Assembly: GCA_016873615.1 (NCBI GenBank)
Contig: VGWX01000003.1
Location: 1 to 63,963 of the forward strand
DNA: 63,963 nt
Reading direction: 5' to 3'
Source: Nitrospira sp.
GTDB taxonomy: Bacteria; Nitrospirota; Thermodesulfovibrionia; Thermodesulfovibrionales; SM23-35
Shown: one piece after another, positions 38,570 to 47,228 of the stretch
Numbering within the stretch: position 1 is the first letter of the stretch
Layout: each line of letters starts with the position of its first letter
Made by a program: the position numbers and the translations under genes
Notes under the pieces: model-generated
Seen by the model: only the letters and a program-made list of their open reading frames with translations
Database searches by the model: none
Told to the model about the DNA's origin: nothing

Positions 38570-39486
38570 AGGAACTTATCTCTCACTACATAGTTCGGTC
38601 TTTTTCGCACTTCCTCATTGATGCGCCAAACATATTCCCCAATTACCCCGAGCATCACCATAATCAGCCCGCCTACCATGAGGACCACAATCATTATGGG
38701 CGCCCAACCCGTAAATGGAGTCTCGCCACGGAGCCAACTAATAACAATGGTTACGCTATACAGCACCCCGAGTGCAGAGGTAATTAATCCGACAAGAGAG
38801 ATGAATCTAATAGGCAAATAGGATGCATCCAAAATCGCATCCAGAAAATTCTTCAACTTCTTTCCAAAGTTATATTGGGACTTCCCGATTGTTCTTTTCA
38901 GGCGAACATATGGAATGAAAGTTGTCCGGTATCCAGTCCATAGCAGATCCCCCTGAAAAAATCTATGCCGCACGTCAATCGCATTGAATTCGTCCATAAC
39001 CTTTCTATCCATCAAGACAAAATCAAAACCGCCCGGCGGTATTTGTGGCAACGATATACGCAATATGCCATAGGCCAAACGCGAAAATATTTTTGCAAGC
39101 AAGTTGTCTGAGCGATCCGTTCGATAGCAAATCACGATTTCAGAACCACCGCGCCATTTATCCACCATCTGAGGGATTAGTTCAACCGGATCCTGCAGAT
39201 CGGCCGAGATATTGATAATCGCATCGCCAGTGGCCTCCCTAAATCCAGCTAACATCGCCGCCATCTGACCAAAATTTCTGGTAAACGTGATCGCCTTAAC
39301 TCGTGGGTTTTGTTCCTTCAGGTTCAATATCTCCCTTAAAGACCAATCTTTTGACCCGTCATCCACAAAAATTATTTCGTAGTCATATTCCGTCAGTTCA
39401 TTTGCGAATACCGATTGAATTTTATCGTGTGTTTTAGATATTGCTCCTTCGTTTTGATACACCGCGACAACAAATGAAATTTTCAT
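38566..39486 (-). CDS. GtrB/ArnC-like family 2 glycosyltransferase (polyprenyl-phosphate sugar synthase) with two C-terminal TM helices
   Basis: 'VDDGSKD', 'ISADLQDP', C-terminal TM pair. Confidence 0.85.
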   Translation of the reverse strand: MKISFVVAVYQNEGAISKTHDKIQSVFANELTEYDYEIIFVDDGSKDWSLREILNLKEQNPRVKAITFTRNFGQMAAMLAGFREATGDAIINISADLQDPVELIPQMVDKWRGGSEIVICYRTDRSDNLLAKIFSRLAYGILRISLPQIPPGGFDFVLMDRKVMDEFNAIDVRHRFFQGDLLWTGYRTTFIPYVRLKRTIGKSQYNFGKKLKNFLDAILDASYLPIRFISLVGLITSALGVLYSVTIVISWLRGETPFTGWAPIMIVVLMVGGLIMVMLGVIGEYVWRINEEVRKRPNYVVRDKFL

Positions 39487-40232
39487 TTTTTCCCACCTCG
39501 TTCACACAACAAAAAAATACTGGAACATAAATCTGGATATTGCTGCCCCAATTGATAACAACCTTCTAAATATTCAGGTGAAATTATATCAGTGGCCAAC
39601 AATCTCTCCCATTGAAAGTTTGCCAGTGCTTTAAAAAATATGCCGGAACGATGTACTACTTTCAGGCCAGCAGACGTCGCATCTCTCTCTAATGTATCTA
39701 ATGAGTAAGTTGTTCTATGGCCATGTTCTGTTTCTGCAGGAGTGACTGCAGTATTATGCGAGATCAATCCCATCTTGACGGCGATCTGTCGGGAGGGTGC
39801 ATGGGCATTGGGACATACTATGAAGAGCCTGGCGTTCTCCGCCAGCCACTCCTCGTTGATGCGCCTCAGCACCAGTACAGGATCATCCAAGTGCTCCAAC
39901 ACATGGGTCAGCACGATGTTGTCGTATCGTTTTGGCAGGGTCGCTTTCTCAAAAAGTGAATTGACGAACTTCACCTTGTCTCCCAGTTTCTGCTTCGCTT
40001 CCGCTATAGCAACATCCGAAGCTTCGACACAGGTAATATCATCGAAATAGGGCAGGAACCTAACGGTGAAATCACCTTTAAAACTCCCAAGCTCAAGCAG
40101 ACTTCCATTTCTAAAAAAGGGCTCGAACGATTTGATCATATAGTGGTGCATCACGTCGAAGTCGAAACTATAGGCGTACTTATGGTGCTTCGTATCTTTT
40201 ATTTCAACGTTATAGTCGCGTTTGCCTTTCAT
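39483..40232 (-). CDS. Class I SAM-dependent methyltransferase
   Basis: 'LLELGSFKGDF' and 'LTHVLEHLDDP'. Confidence 0.8.
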   Translation of the reverse strand: MKGKRDYNVEIKDTKHHKYAYSFDFDVMHHYMIKSFEPFFRNGSLLELGSFKGDFTVRFLPYFDDITCVEASDVAIAEAKQKLGDKVKFVNSLFEKATLPKRYDNIVLTHVLEHLDDPVLVLRRINEEWLAENARLFIVCPNAHAPSRQIAVKMGLISHNTAVTPAETEHGHRTTYSLDTLERDATSAGLKVVHRSGIFFKALANFQWERLLATDIISPEYLEGCYQLGQQYPDLCSSIFLLCERGGKK

Positions 40233-40692
40233 GTTCCTCCCCGCTTTTCAAATTTAGATTCATACTAATGAATGACGCATTCTCCTTGCCCGCAACGAAG
40301 CCACTTTTTTTATACAGTACAATGGCGGGCATATTGTCCTCCGCCACTTCCAGACTTATCTGCCACATTCCCGACGCCCTTGCATTTTCGATGCACTGCC
40401 TCATCAAGCACGTGGCAACACCTTTGCCCATCCATTCGCGTAAGACGCTAACACTGGTGATGTAGGCAATGCGGTTTTCTTGATTGTTGCAATAGGCTGC
40501 CACTAAACCGATCAGAGTGTCGCCCGACCATGCCTCGAACCTCGTCGCCTTACTCGCTATCTTCTGCGCATAGTCATTTATTTCAACCCGACCGCTCAAG
40601 AGCGGTACGAAATCGGCATCGCATGTCCGCAGGTGCTCGATAATCGCGGCTTCGGATGCCTTGTTCAAACTATATTTGACTGGTTCGCTCAT
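40210..40692 (-). CDS. GNAT-family N-acetyltransferase
   Basis: Acetyl-CoA motif 'REWMGKGVATCLMRQCIENA'. Confidence 0.85.
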   Translation of the reverse strand: MSEPVKYSLNKASEAAIIEHLRTCDADFVPLLSGRVEINDYAQKIASKATRFEAWSGDTLIGLVAAYCNNQENRIAYITSVSVLREWMGKGVATCLMRQCIENARASGMWQISLEVAEDNMPAIVLYKKSGFVAGKENASFISMNLNLKSGEEHERQTRL

Positions 40693-41657
40693 GTTTCCAG
40701 CACAGCCAGCCCGAAACCGTATCTTCCGAACTCGTTGCCGTTATAAAGCAAATAAATTTTGTTATCGCACTCAAACACATGCGGATAGCACAACATATCT
40801 GAATCCCAGTCGCCCGGTGTGACGTCAAGGTACGGATTCTTGTCGTCCCGCGACCAGTTCACCAAATCGTTTGACCAGGCATGCCCGATGCGATAGCCGC
40901 GATCGCGATTCTTGCGGAAATCGAATGACTGGCGATAGCAGAAGAACATGTGATATCGACCATCTATCTCGATCACGCTCGGCAACGCCTGGCTTTCATT
41001 CGCGCCTAAACAATCAGTAATAATCTGCTGCGCCTCTTCTTTAACCCAGTTAATGCCATCGCTGGAAATCGCATGGCCGACCTTGTAAGTGCGATCCGGC
41101 AGTGTGTCTGCCGAGAACTTCTTCCAGCCGGTACCGAAGATGTACCACATATGAAATATGCCGCCTATGACTTTCACAAAACCATCGCCAACAAGATAGG
41201 GCTCGTGTAGGGATGCCGCCATCACCGGGCCATTGCCAATGCGCTGGAAGGTAAGGCCGTCATCGCGGCTGATGGCCAGACCGATGGCCGTATCGACCGA
41301 GACGGACACCCGCCGATTCCACCCGCACGTGTAGCCATACACAACATCTCTGTGACGTAGTATGTTCATCGGGAATATTCCATGCTCATCGAAACAGCCA
41401 AGCTCGCCGAGCGGGATGACCGTCTTGTCGGACACACGGATGACATCGCTCATATTCTTCCGCATATCAACGAAGGCAATATGGCTCAGATATTTCCCAT
41501 TGCTTTTCTCCACCGCGCGTGTGGAAAAATAGATGCGCACGAAATCGTCGAAAACCAGGGCCTGCGGCGACTGGGCGAACTGCGTGCAGCCGTTCGGCAG
41601 CTTGTGTTGCGTCGGGTCGAATATCTTACCGAGTTTCTTCCACTTCAACGCGCCCAC
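40689..41657 (-). CDS. Five-bladed beta-propeller protein of the glycoside-hydrolase-like superfamily (GH43/32/130-like), copy A
   Basis: About 320 aa. Repeated W/F-x-D blade motifs. Tandem paralog of the upstream gene. The family assignment was made by eye only. Confidence 0.4.
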   Translation of the reverse strand: MGALKWKKLGKIFDPTQHKLPNGCTQFAQSPQALVFDDFVRIYFSTRAVEKSNGKYLSHIAFVDMRKNMSDVIRVSDKTVIPLGELGCFDEHGIFPMNILRHRDVVYGYTCGWNRRVSVSVDTAIGLAISRDDGLTFQRIGNGPVMAASLHEPYLVGDGFVKVIGGIFHMWYIFGTGWKKFSADTLPDRTYKVGHAISSDGINWVKEEAQQIITDCLGANESQALPSVIEIDGRYHMFFCYRQSFDFRKNRDRGYRIGHAWSNDLVNWSRDDKNPYLDVTPGDWDSDMLCYPHVFECDNKIYLLYNGNEFGRYGFGLAVLET

Positions 41658-41659
41658 CC

Positions 41660-42622
41660 TTACTTCAACTTTCCATCCAGTACGGCAAGACCGAAGCCAT
41701 ACCGGCCAACCTGGTTGCCGAGGTAGGCCAGAAAGGTTTTCCCATCCAGTTCAAATACGTGCGGATAGCTGATCATTTCAGAATCCCAACCTTCTTTCGA
41801 CACGTCGATGCCGGCTTTTGCGTCATCTCGCACCCAGTCGACCAGGTTGGTGCTGGAGGCATAACCGATGCGATAGCCGTTCTCTTTGCCGCGATAGTGG
41901 CTGCTGTAACGGTAGCAGAAGAACATATGATATTTGCCGTTGGCATAGAACACGTCCGGGCTGGCTTGCGCCTCATCATCTTCGATGCGGCTTGGAATTA
42001 AATCCTTGTTCATCTTCGTCCAATGGATGCCATCCGAGGACGATGCCATACGGATCTTGTAGACCGGCTCCGCCTTGCCATCCACCATCTTCCATTTGCG
42101 CCCCGCGATGTACCACAGATACCATGTGTCATTGAAACGCCGAATCTTCGGGCCGCTTAACACAAAGGGCTCGTCCGGTGAATACGACAATACCGGACCT
42201 TTACCGAGTTTGGTGAAAGTCTCGCCCCCATCGCGGCTGATCGCTATGCCGATCGCCACGTTAAATGGCACGGATTCGCAACGCGTCCAGCCCCCGTAAT
42301 ACGCACGGACCTCTTCACCGTGGCAAATGACAGAGACCGGGTATGTTCCGAACTCATCAAACTCTCCCATCCCCCCCAAGCTGATGATAGGTTGTTCGCT
42401 GATATGCTGGATTTTAAAAAGATCCGTGCGTTCCAGATTGACATACGCGGAATAGCTCACGTACTGGCCATTCTCGTCCGCCGGAGGACGGCATGAAAAA
42501 TAAATACGCACAAAATCGTCAATCACCAAGGTTGCAGGCGCCTGCGCGAATTCCTTCAGCCAACTGCGCCCCGTCACTTCTTGCGGTGTAAATACTCTAC
42601 CTAATTTCTTCCACTTAAACAC
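41660..42622 (-). CDS. Five-bladed beta-propeller protein, copy B (tandem paralog)
   Basis: Shares 'KWKKLG+-F-P', 'FAQ-P--LV-DDFVRIYFS', 'YPHVFE-D-K--L-Y-GN--GRYGFGLAVL' with copy A. Confidence 0.4.
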   Translation of the reverse strand: MFKWKKLGRVFTPQEVTGRSWLKEFAQAPATLVIDDFVRIYFSCRPPADENGQYVSYSAYVNLERTDLFKIQHISEQPIISLGGMGEFDEFGTYPVSVICHGEEVRAYYGGWTRCESVPFNVAIGIAISRDGGETFTKLGKGPVLSYSPDEPFVLSGPKIRRFNDTWYLWYIAGRKWKMVDGKAEPVYKIRMASSSDGIHWTKMNKDLIPSRIEDDEAQASPDVFYANGKYHMFFCYRYSSHYRGKENGYRIGYASSTNLVDWVRDDAKAGIDVSKEGWDSEMISYPHVFELDGKTFLAYLGNQVGRYGFGLAVLDGKLK

Positions 42623-42625
42623 GGA

Positions 42626-43324
42626 TTAGATCAACTCATAGTTAGTCGTAATGCAGGTTTGAATCGTATCGAGTGGGTTAAACATCATCACGTCAATGAT
42701 CGACAGCCAGGGCACGAACTCATTGCCAAACTGCGGATATTCAAACGGTTTCGATTTGATGAATTTCAAGTCGATCCTCTTCTCCCGGAAAGTATCTTTT
42801 GAATACAGCTCCATGCCGCCAATGGCATTCACATAGGTAGTTGCACTGACCGCTTCACACAAGGCGAGCACCTTGTCCTGATTCTTCAAGGAGTGGTCGA
42901 TCGGAACGTTCGATGAAGCCACTAATTCAGTGCCTATCCTTAAGTATTCACAGGTTCTGACAATCGAGTTATGTATAAAACGAAACAGGTTCGACTCTTC
43001 ATACCGCACAATTTGTTCGACCAGCGAGAACGTCTGCGCAAAATACGGCGCACGACGGTAAGCTTCTCTAATCTGATTGAGCAGATTGTCTTTCTTAAAG
43101 TCAGCGGATATTTCTCTATCTTTAATGTCTAAAAAGTCAGAGTCTTTTTTTAGCGGAATAGAAAATATAACATCTTTACCATTTTGAAGAAAACGATTCC
43201 TATTGATCCAGCCTTTTTTTGTGTACTGAATATTATCGTAAACAATAAATTGATCCACAGCTTGAATAAGATGAAAATATCCGATATAAGGTAAAAAATA
43301 TGGTTGCATTATGCCGATTTTCAT
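42626..43324 (-). CDS. WbqC-family protein
   Basis: 'IMQPYFLPYIGYFHLIQAVDQFIVYDNIQYTKKGWINRNR'. Confidence 0.85.
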   Translation of the reverse strand: MKIGIMQPYFLPYIGYFHLIQAVDQFIVYDNIQYTKKGWINRNRFLQNGKDVIFSIPLKKDSDFLDIKDREISADFKKDNLLNQIREAYRRAPYFAQTFSLVEQIVRYEESNLFRFIHNSIVRTCEYLRIGTELVASSNVPIDHSLKNQDKVLALCEAVSATTYVNAIGGMELYSKDTFREKRIDLKFIKSKPFEYPQFGNEFVPWLSIIDVMMFNPLDTIQTCITTNYELI

Positions 43325-44445
43325 GATCCTATATTCTTAATAATTGATGTTATTCTCGCAATTGATTCATTTTCCAAGTCAGGGTAAATAGGCAAACAAA
43401 GCACCTGATCAGCCTTCTTCCTCGCAAACGGCAGGTTGGCCTTCACTGCCGACGGCAAGCCTCTATACATCGGGAATTCACTTATCAATGGGTAAAAATA
43501 GCGTCGAGCATAAATCCCATTTTGACGAAGTCTATCGTTAAGTTCGTCTCGCAATAACAGGTATTCTTTTTCAATTAATATGGGGAAATATGAATAATTG
43601 TGAGTTGTGTCAGCAGGCAATGGTGGACATGTAATACCGGAGACCGACGATAGTTGCTCGCGATACTGCGCGTCTATCTTATGTCGTCTACCGATTGCTT
43701 TGTCGACATGCTTGAGTTGTAATAGCCCAAAAGCTGCCTGAACTTCATTCATTTTTGCATTTATGCCAGTCGCGACAACAGTCACTTCACCGGCATAGCC
43801 AAAATTCTTCAGGTCATCTATCCGTTTTTTGGTCTTTGCATCAGGACAGATGATGGCGCCACCTTCAAAAGTATTAAACACTTTGGTGGCATGGAAGCTT
43901 AATATCGATAGATCTCCGTTCCTCAAAAGGCTCTGGCCCTTATAGCCTACACCAAACGCATGTGCCGCATCGTAAATGACCTTCAGTCCGTATGTGTCAG
44001 CTATCTTCTCAATCCGTTCCACATCACATGGATGTCCATATACATGCACAGGCAGAATAGCGGAAGTGTGCGGTGTGATTGCCGCCTCAATCTTGTCAGG
44101 ATCAAGATTGAACGTTTCCGGATGAATATCCACAAAAACAGGCTTGATCCCGTTCCACAGGAGAGAGTGGGCTGAGGCAACAAATGAAAAAGGTGTGGTA
44201 ATAACCTCGCCGGCAATTCGCAGCGATTTAAGTGCCGTAACAAGAGCAAGTGTGCCGTTGGCAAACAAGGCAAGGTGCTCAACTCCCAGATAATCGGCCA
44301 GCTTTGACTCCAGCTCCTGATGAAAAGGGCCGCCGTTAGTTAGCCATTTGCTCTCCCAAATTTGTTCAAGATAGGGAATAAATTCTTCCAGAGGCGGCAG
44401 ATATGGCTGTGTAACATATATTTTTTTCATTTTAGCTCCCGACAA
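43321..44445 (-). CDS. DegT/DnrJ/EryC1/StrS-family PLP-dependent sugar aminotransferase
   Basis: PLP-lysine context 'SFHATKVFNTFEGG'. The start may instead be the MKKIYVTQ ATG at 44430. Confidence 0.9.
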   Translation of the reverse strand: MSGAKMKKIYVTQPYLPPLEEFIPYLEQIWESKWLTNGGPFHQELESKLADYLGVEHLALFANGTLALVTALKSLRIAGEVITTPFSFVASAHSLLWNGIKPVFVDIHPETFNLDPDKIEAAITPHTSAILPVHVYGHPCDVERIEKIADTYGLKVIYDAAHAFGVGYKGQSLLRNGDLSILSFHATKVFNTFEGGAIICPDAKTKKRIDDLKNFGYAGEVTVVATGINAKMNEVQAAFGLLQLKHVDKAIGRRHKIDAQYREQLSSVSGITCPPLPADTTHNYSYFPILIEKEYLLLRDELNDRLRQNGIYARRYFYPLISEFPMYRGLPSAVKANLPFARKKADQVLCLPIYPDLENESIARITSIIKNIGS

Positions 44446-44479
44446 TGTTTCAGCTTAACATGACAGCAAGTTTCGTCGT

Positions 44480-45733
44480 TTAAGACTTCTCTGCATTGTT
44501 ATTATCAGTTTCAACCTGCCAATCTAACTTGGGCCTTACAACACCAGCCCATTTGCCGTACCAATTCCCTTCTCTTTCAATATCATTTACATCAAAGATC
44601 AACGCATCATTATGGTCATATAAAGGCACCGATGCATCCTGAACCATCATGATCTTTACTCTGTAAGTTTCAGCATTAAGGAAATTGGCTGGAATCCGGC
44701 AGATACCTTTAATCTTTTCTCTTTTAGCGGTAAAAACAGGTGAACCTGAGTTCAGAACGCAAATGCCATCCATAGTGTAAAGATGCATGCTGTAATTTAA
44801 GCTTGCCTCCGGCAAAAAGTTCCGGAAAACAAATTCAACGTTAAGAGGTGTCTCAACGGTAATTATAGAATCCATACCTTTATTATCAGGGGCGAGCCGC
44901 GCTTTAAGTAAGCGAACTTTTTCATTGCCGGGAGCATTATTGTTATCATCCCAATTTTGCTCAATAACAACCTTAGCGGTTTCATGTAAATAATTCGCCA
45001 CCACAGCTTCTGACTCGCCATCATTAATGATATGACCCTTGTCTATCCAAATAGCTCTGTTGCAAAGACTCTTCAATGCAGTCATATTATGACTCACAAA
45101 AAGTACTGTTCTTCCTTCTTTCCCTACATCCCCCATTTTTCCCAAGCACTTCTTCTGAAACTGGGCATCCCCCACGGCAAGCACCTCATCAACTATCAAA
45201 ATCTCCGGATCAAGATGCGCTGCAACCGCAAAGGCAAGGCGGACATACATTCCCGAAGAGTATCTTTTAACTGGAGTATCAAGAAATTTTTCAATCTCTG
45301 CAAAAGCGACTATCTCATCAAACTTTCTTTTAATTTCTTCTTTCCGCATTCCCAGAATCGCTCCGTTAAGAAAGATATTTTCCCTGCCTGTGAGTTCAGG
45401 ATGAAATCCTGTGCCAACTTCAAGCAGGCTTCCCACTCTGCCCCGAATCCTTACTTCTCCTTCTGTAGGCTCTGTGACACGTGAAAGAATCTTCAACAGC
45501 GTTGTTTTCCCGGCGCCATTGTGTCCGATTATACCGAGGACTTCTCCTTGTTTTACCTCAAACGATACATCCTTCAATGCCCATATAGTGTTGTTCTCTC
45601 TTAAACCATTACTCTTGAACCATTTTGCAGGGGATGTAATTACATTCATAAGAGTTTCCCTAAAGGTCCTATAAGGCAATTTTGTGCCTATGTGGTATTG
45701 CTTACTGAGGTTTTCGACTGAAATAATGCTCAT
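44480..45733 (-). CDS. wzt: Polysaccharide ABC exporter ATP-binding protein (Wzt/TagH-like) with a C-terminal extension of about 170 aa
   Basis: 'GHNGAGKTTLLK', 'YSSGMYVRLAFAVA', 'LIVDEVLAVGD'. The extra C-terminal domain is typical of glycan-cap-binding Wzt. Confidence 0.88.
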   Translation of the reverse strand: MSIISVENLSKQYHIGTKLPYRTFRETLMNVITSPAKWFKSNGLRENNTIWALKDVSFEVKQGEVLGIIGHNGAGKTTLLKILSRVTEPTEGEVRIRGRVGSLLEVGTGFHPELTGRENIFLNGAILGMRKEEIKRKFDEIVAFAEIEKFLDTPVKRYSSGMYVRLAFAVAAHLDPEILIVDEVLAVGDAQFQKKCLGKMGDVGKEGRTVLFVSHNMTALKSLCNRAIWIDKGHIINDGESEAVVANYLHETAKVVIEQNWDDNNNAPGNEKVRLLKARLAPDNKGMDSIITVETPLNVEFVFRNFLPEASLNYSMHLYTMDGICVLNSGSPVFTAKREKIKGICRIPANFLNAETYRVKIMMVQDASVPLYDHNDALIFDVNDIEREGNWYGKWAGVVRPKLDWQVETDNNNAEKS

Positions 45734-45757
45734 TGTTTTAAACCGTTAAGGGTGAAT

Positions 45758-45792
45758 AGTGAAAGGTGAAGGGTAATAAATCACTTTTCACT
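45758..45792 (-). other. Intercistronic 12-bp stem-loop between wzm and wzt
   Basis: 'agtgaaaggtga'-11 nt-'tcacttttcact'. The arms resemble the AGTGAAAAGT repeat family. Confidence 0.5.
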
Positions 45793-45796
45793 GTCT

Positions 45797-46621
45797 TTAA
45801 ATCACATCCGCAAAAGAACGTTCGACTCTCCTGAAATAGAGCAGCCCTGTAAAAAATATCAAAAAACCAGCTCCGGAAGATATAAACAGCAGATCCCAGT
45901 TGATCGGTTGATGTCCAAGCGTTGCAGCACGGAAAGCCTCGATTATTCCTGCCATTGGATTCAGCGACAAAAGCCAACGGTATTTTTCAGGGAAAAGCGT
46001 TACAGGATAAATCACAGGTGTAACAAACATCCATATCTGCACGAGAAACGGTATTACATACTGAAAATCTCTATATTCAACATTGAGCGCTGAAAGCCAT
46101 AAACCGCAGCCGACAGCAACTATGAAAGTCAGGGATACCAGAACAGGAATCATGACTATACCAAGAGTATTAGGGGTAAAATGATAGAAAAACATCATGC
46201 CTATCAAAATAATGGAAGCAATAAAGAAATCTAAAAGACTTGATAGGGAAGCGCTTGCAGGTATGATAAGCCGGGGGAAATAGACTTTTGTAATAAGGTT
46301 AGAACTCGCTACAAGGCTGTTTCCAGAGTTGCTCAATGCAGAGGAAAAATAATTCCAGGGTAAAAGCCCTGCATATACAAAAATAGGATAAGGGATTCCA
46401 TCTGAAGGCACCTTTGCAAGTTTTCCAAAGAGTATAGAGAAAACTATCATGGTAATGAATGGCTGCAGAATTGCCCATGCAGCGCCTAACACAGTTTGTT
46501 TGTATTTAACTTTTATATCCCTCCATGCGAGAAAATATAAGAGTTCCCTGAATGACCACAACTCCTTAAAGTTTATAGGCATCCATCCTTTCTTATATTT
46601 GATTATGAGTTCATGCTTCAT
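45797..46621 (-). CDS. wzm: ABC-2 type polysaccharide exporter permease (Wzm-like)
   Basis: Six-TM ABC-2 architecture with 'FRELLYFLAWRDIKVKYKQTVLGAAWA'. Confidence 0.9.
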   Translation of the reverse strand: MKHELIIKYKKGWMPINFKELWSFRELLYFLAWRDIKVKYKQTVLGAAWAILQPFITMIVFSILFGKLAKVPSDGIPYPIFVYAGLLPWNYFSSALSNSGNSLVASSNLITKVYFPRLIIPASASLSSLLDFFIASIILIGMMFFYHFTPNTLGIVMIPVLVSLTFIVAVGCGLWLSALNVEYRDFQYVIPFLVQIWMFVTPVIYPVTLFPEKYRWLLSLNPMAGIIEAFRAATLGHQPINWDLLFISSGAGFLIFFTGLLYFRRVERSFADVI

Positions 46622-46650
46622 TGTAATATTTAAAATTTTTCATTTCTGAA

Positions 46651-46662
46651 CAGGCTACCGCC
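46651..46662 (-). promoter_or_regulatory. ops-like element GGCGGTAGCCTG in the wzm leader
   Basis: The reverse complement of 'caggctaccgcc' matches GGCGGTAGnnTG. Lies 30-41 nt upstream of the wzm ATG and directly downstream of the NusG-paralog gene. Confidence 0.6.
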
Positions 46663-46738
46663 ATTCAGGGTTATATTCCCTTCTGTCAGAAAAAATACAT
46701 ACTGATTGTTCATCGGCTACACACAACTGATGCCGTAT

Positions 46739-47227
46739 TTAAGCAATGACAAGAAACGCTTTATCTACAACAGCCCTTGCCTGATACTCAATTGCGCTCA
46801 TCAATAAAACAACACGCTCCCGACCGTTTAACTCTTTCTCAAATATTCCTTTCAGCCCTGATAGAGGCCCGTCGTTTATGGCCACACTGTCGCCGTATTT
46901 GAGCTGCGGTGGTTTTATGGCAACAATCCCGCCTTCCTCTTTATCCCTTATTGCGTCAATAACATCATCTGAAACAGGCCACGGCATATCACCGCCGACA
47001 ATCCTCCTGACGCCGCGCGTATACTTGATCATATGCGCAGTAGTTTCAGGTTCAAATTTCACAAATACATAACAGGGGAAAAGCGGGCTGATTTTATTTC
47101 TATAAGCGCCTTGCATATATTTTTTCTGTTTTAATTTCGGGTTGAAAACTTCAATGCCTGCATTCTCAAGAGAGCCTGCCACAGCGTCTTCTCTCTTTGG
47201 CTTTGTATACACCGTATACCACTGCAT
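46739..47227 (-). CDS. NusG-paralog transcription antiterminator (RfaH/UpxY/LoaP-like; NGN + KOW)
   Basis: 'QWYTVYTKPKREDAV...LENAGIEVFNP' is the NGN domain. 'GDSVAINDGPLSGLKGIFEKE' is the KOW domain. About 162 aa. Heads the glycan operon. Confidence 0.8.
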   Translation of the reverse strand: MQWYTVYTKPKREDAVAGSLENAGIEVFNPKLKQKKYMQGAYRNKISPLFPCYVFVKFEPETTAHMIKYTRGVRRIVGGDMPWPVSDDVIDAIRDKEEGGIVAIKPPQLKYGDSVAINDGPLSGLKGIFEKELNGRERVVLLMSAIEYQARAVVDKAFLVIA

Positions 47228-47228
47228 T

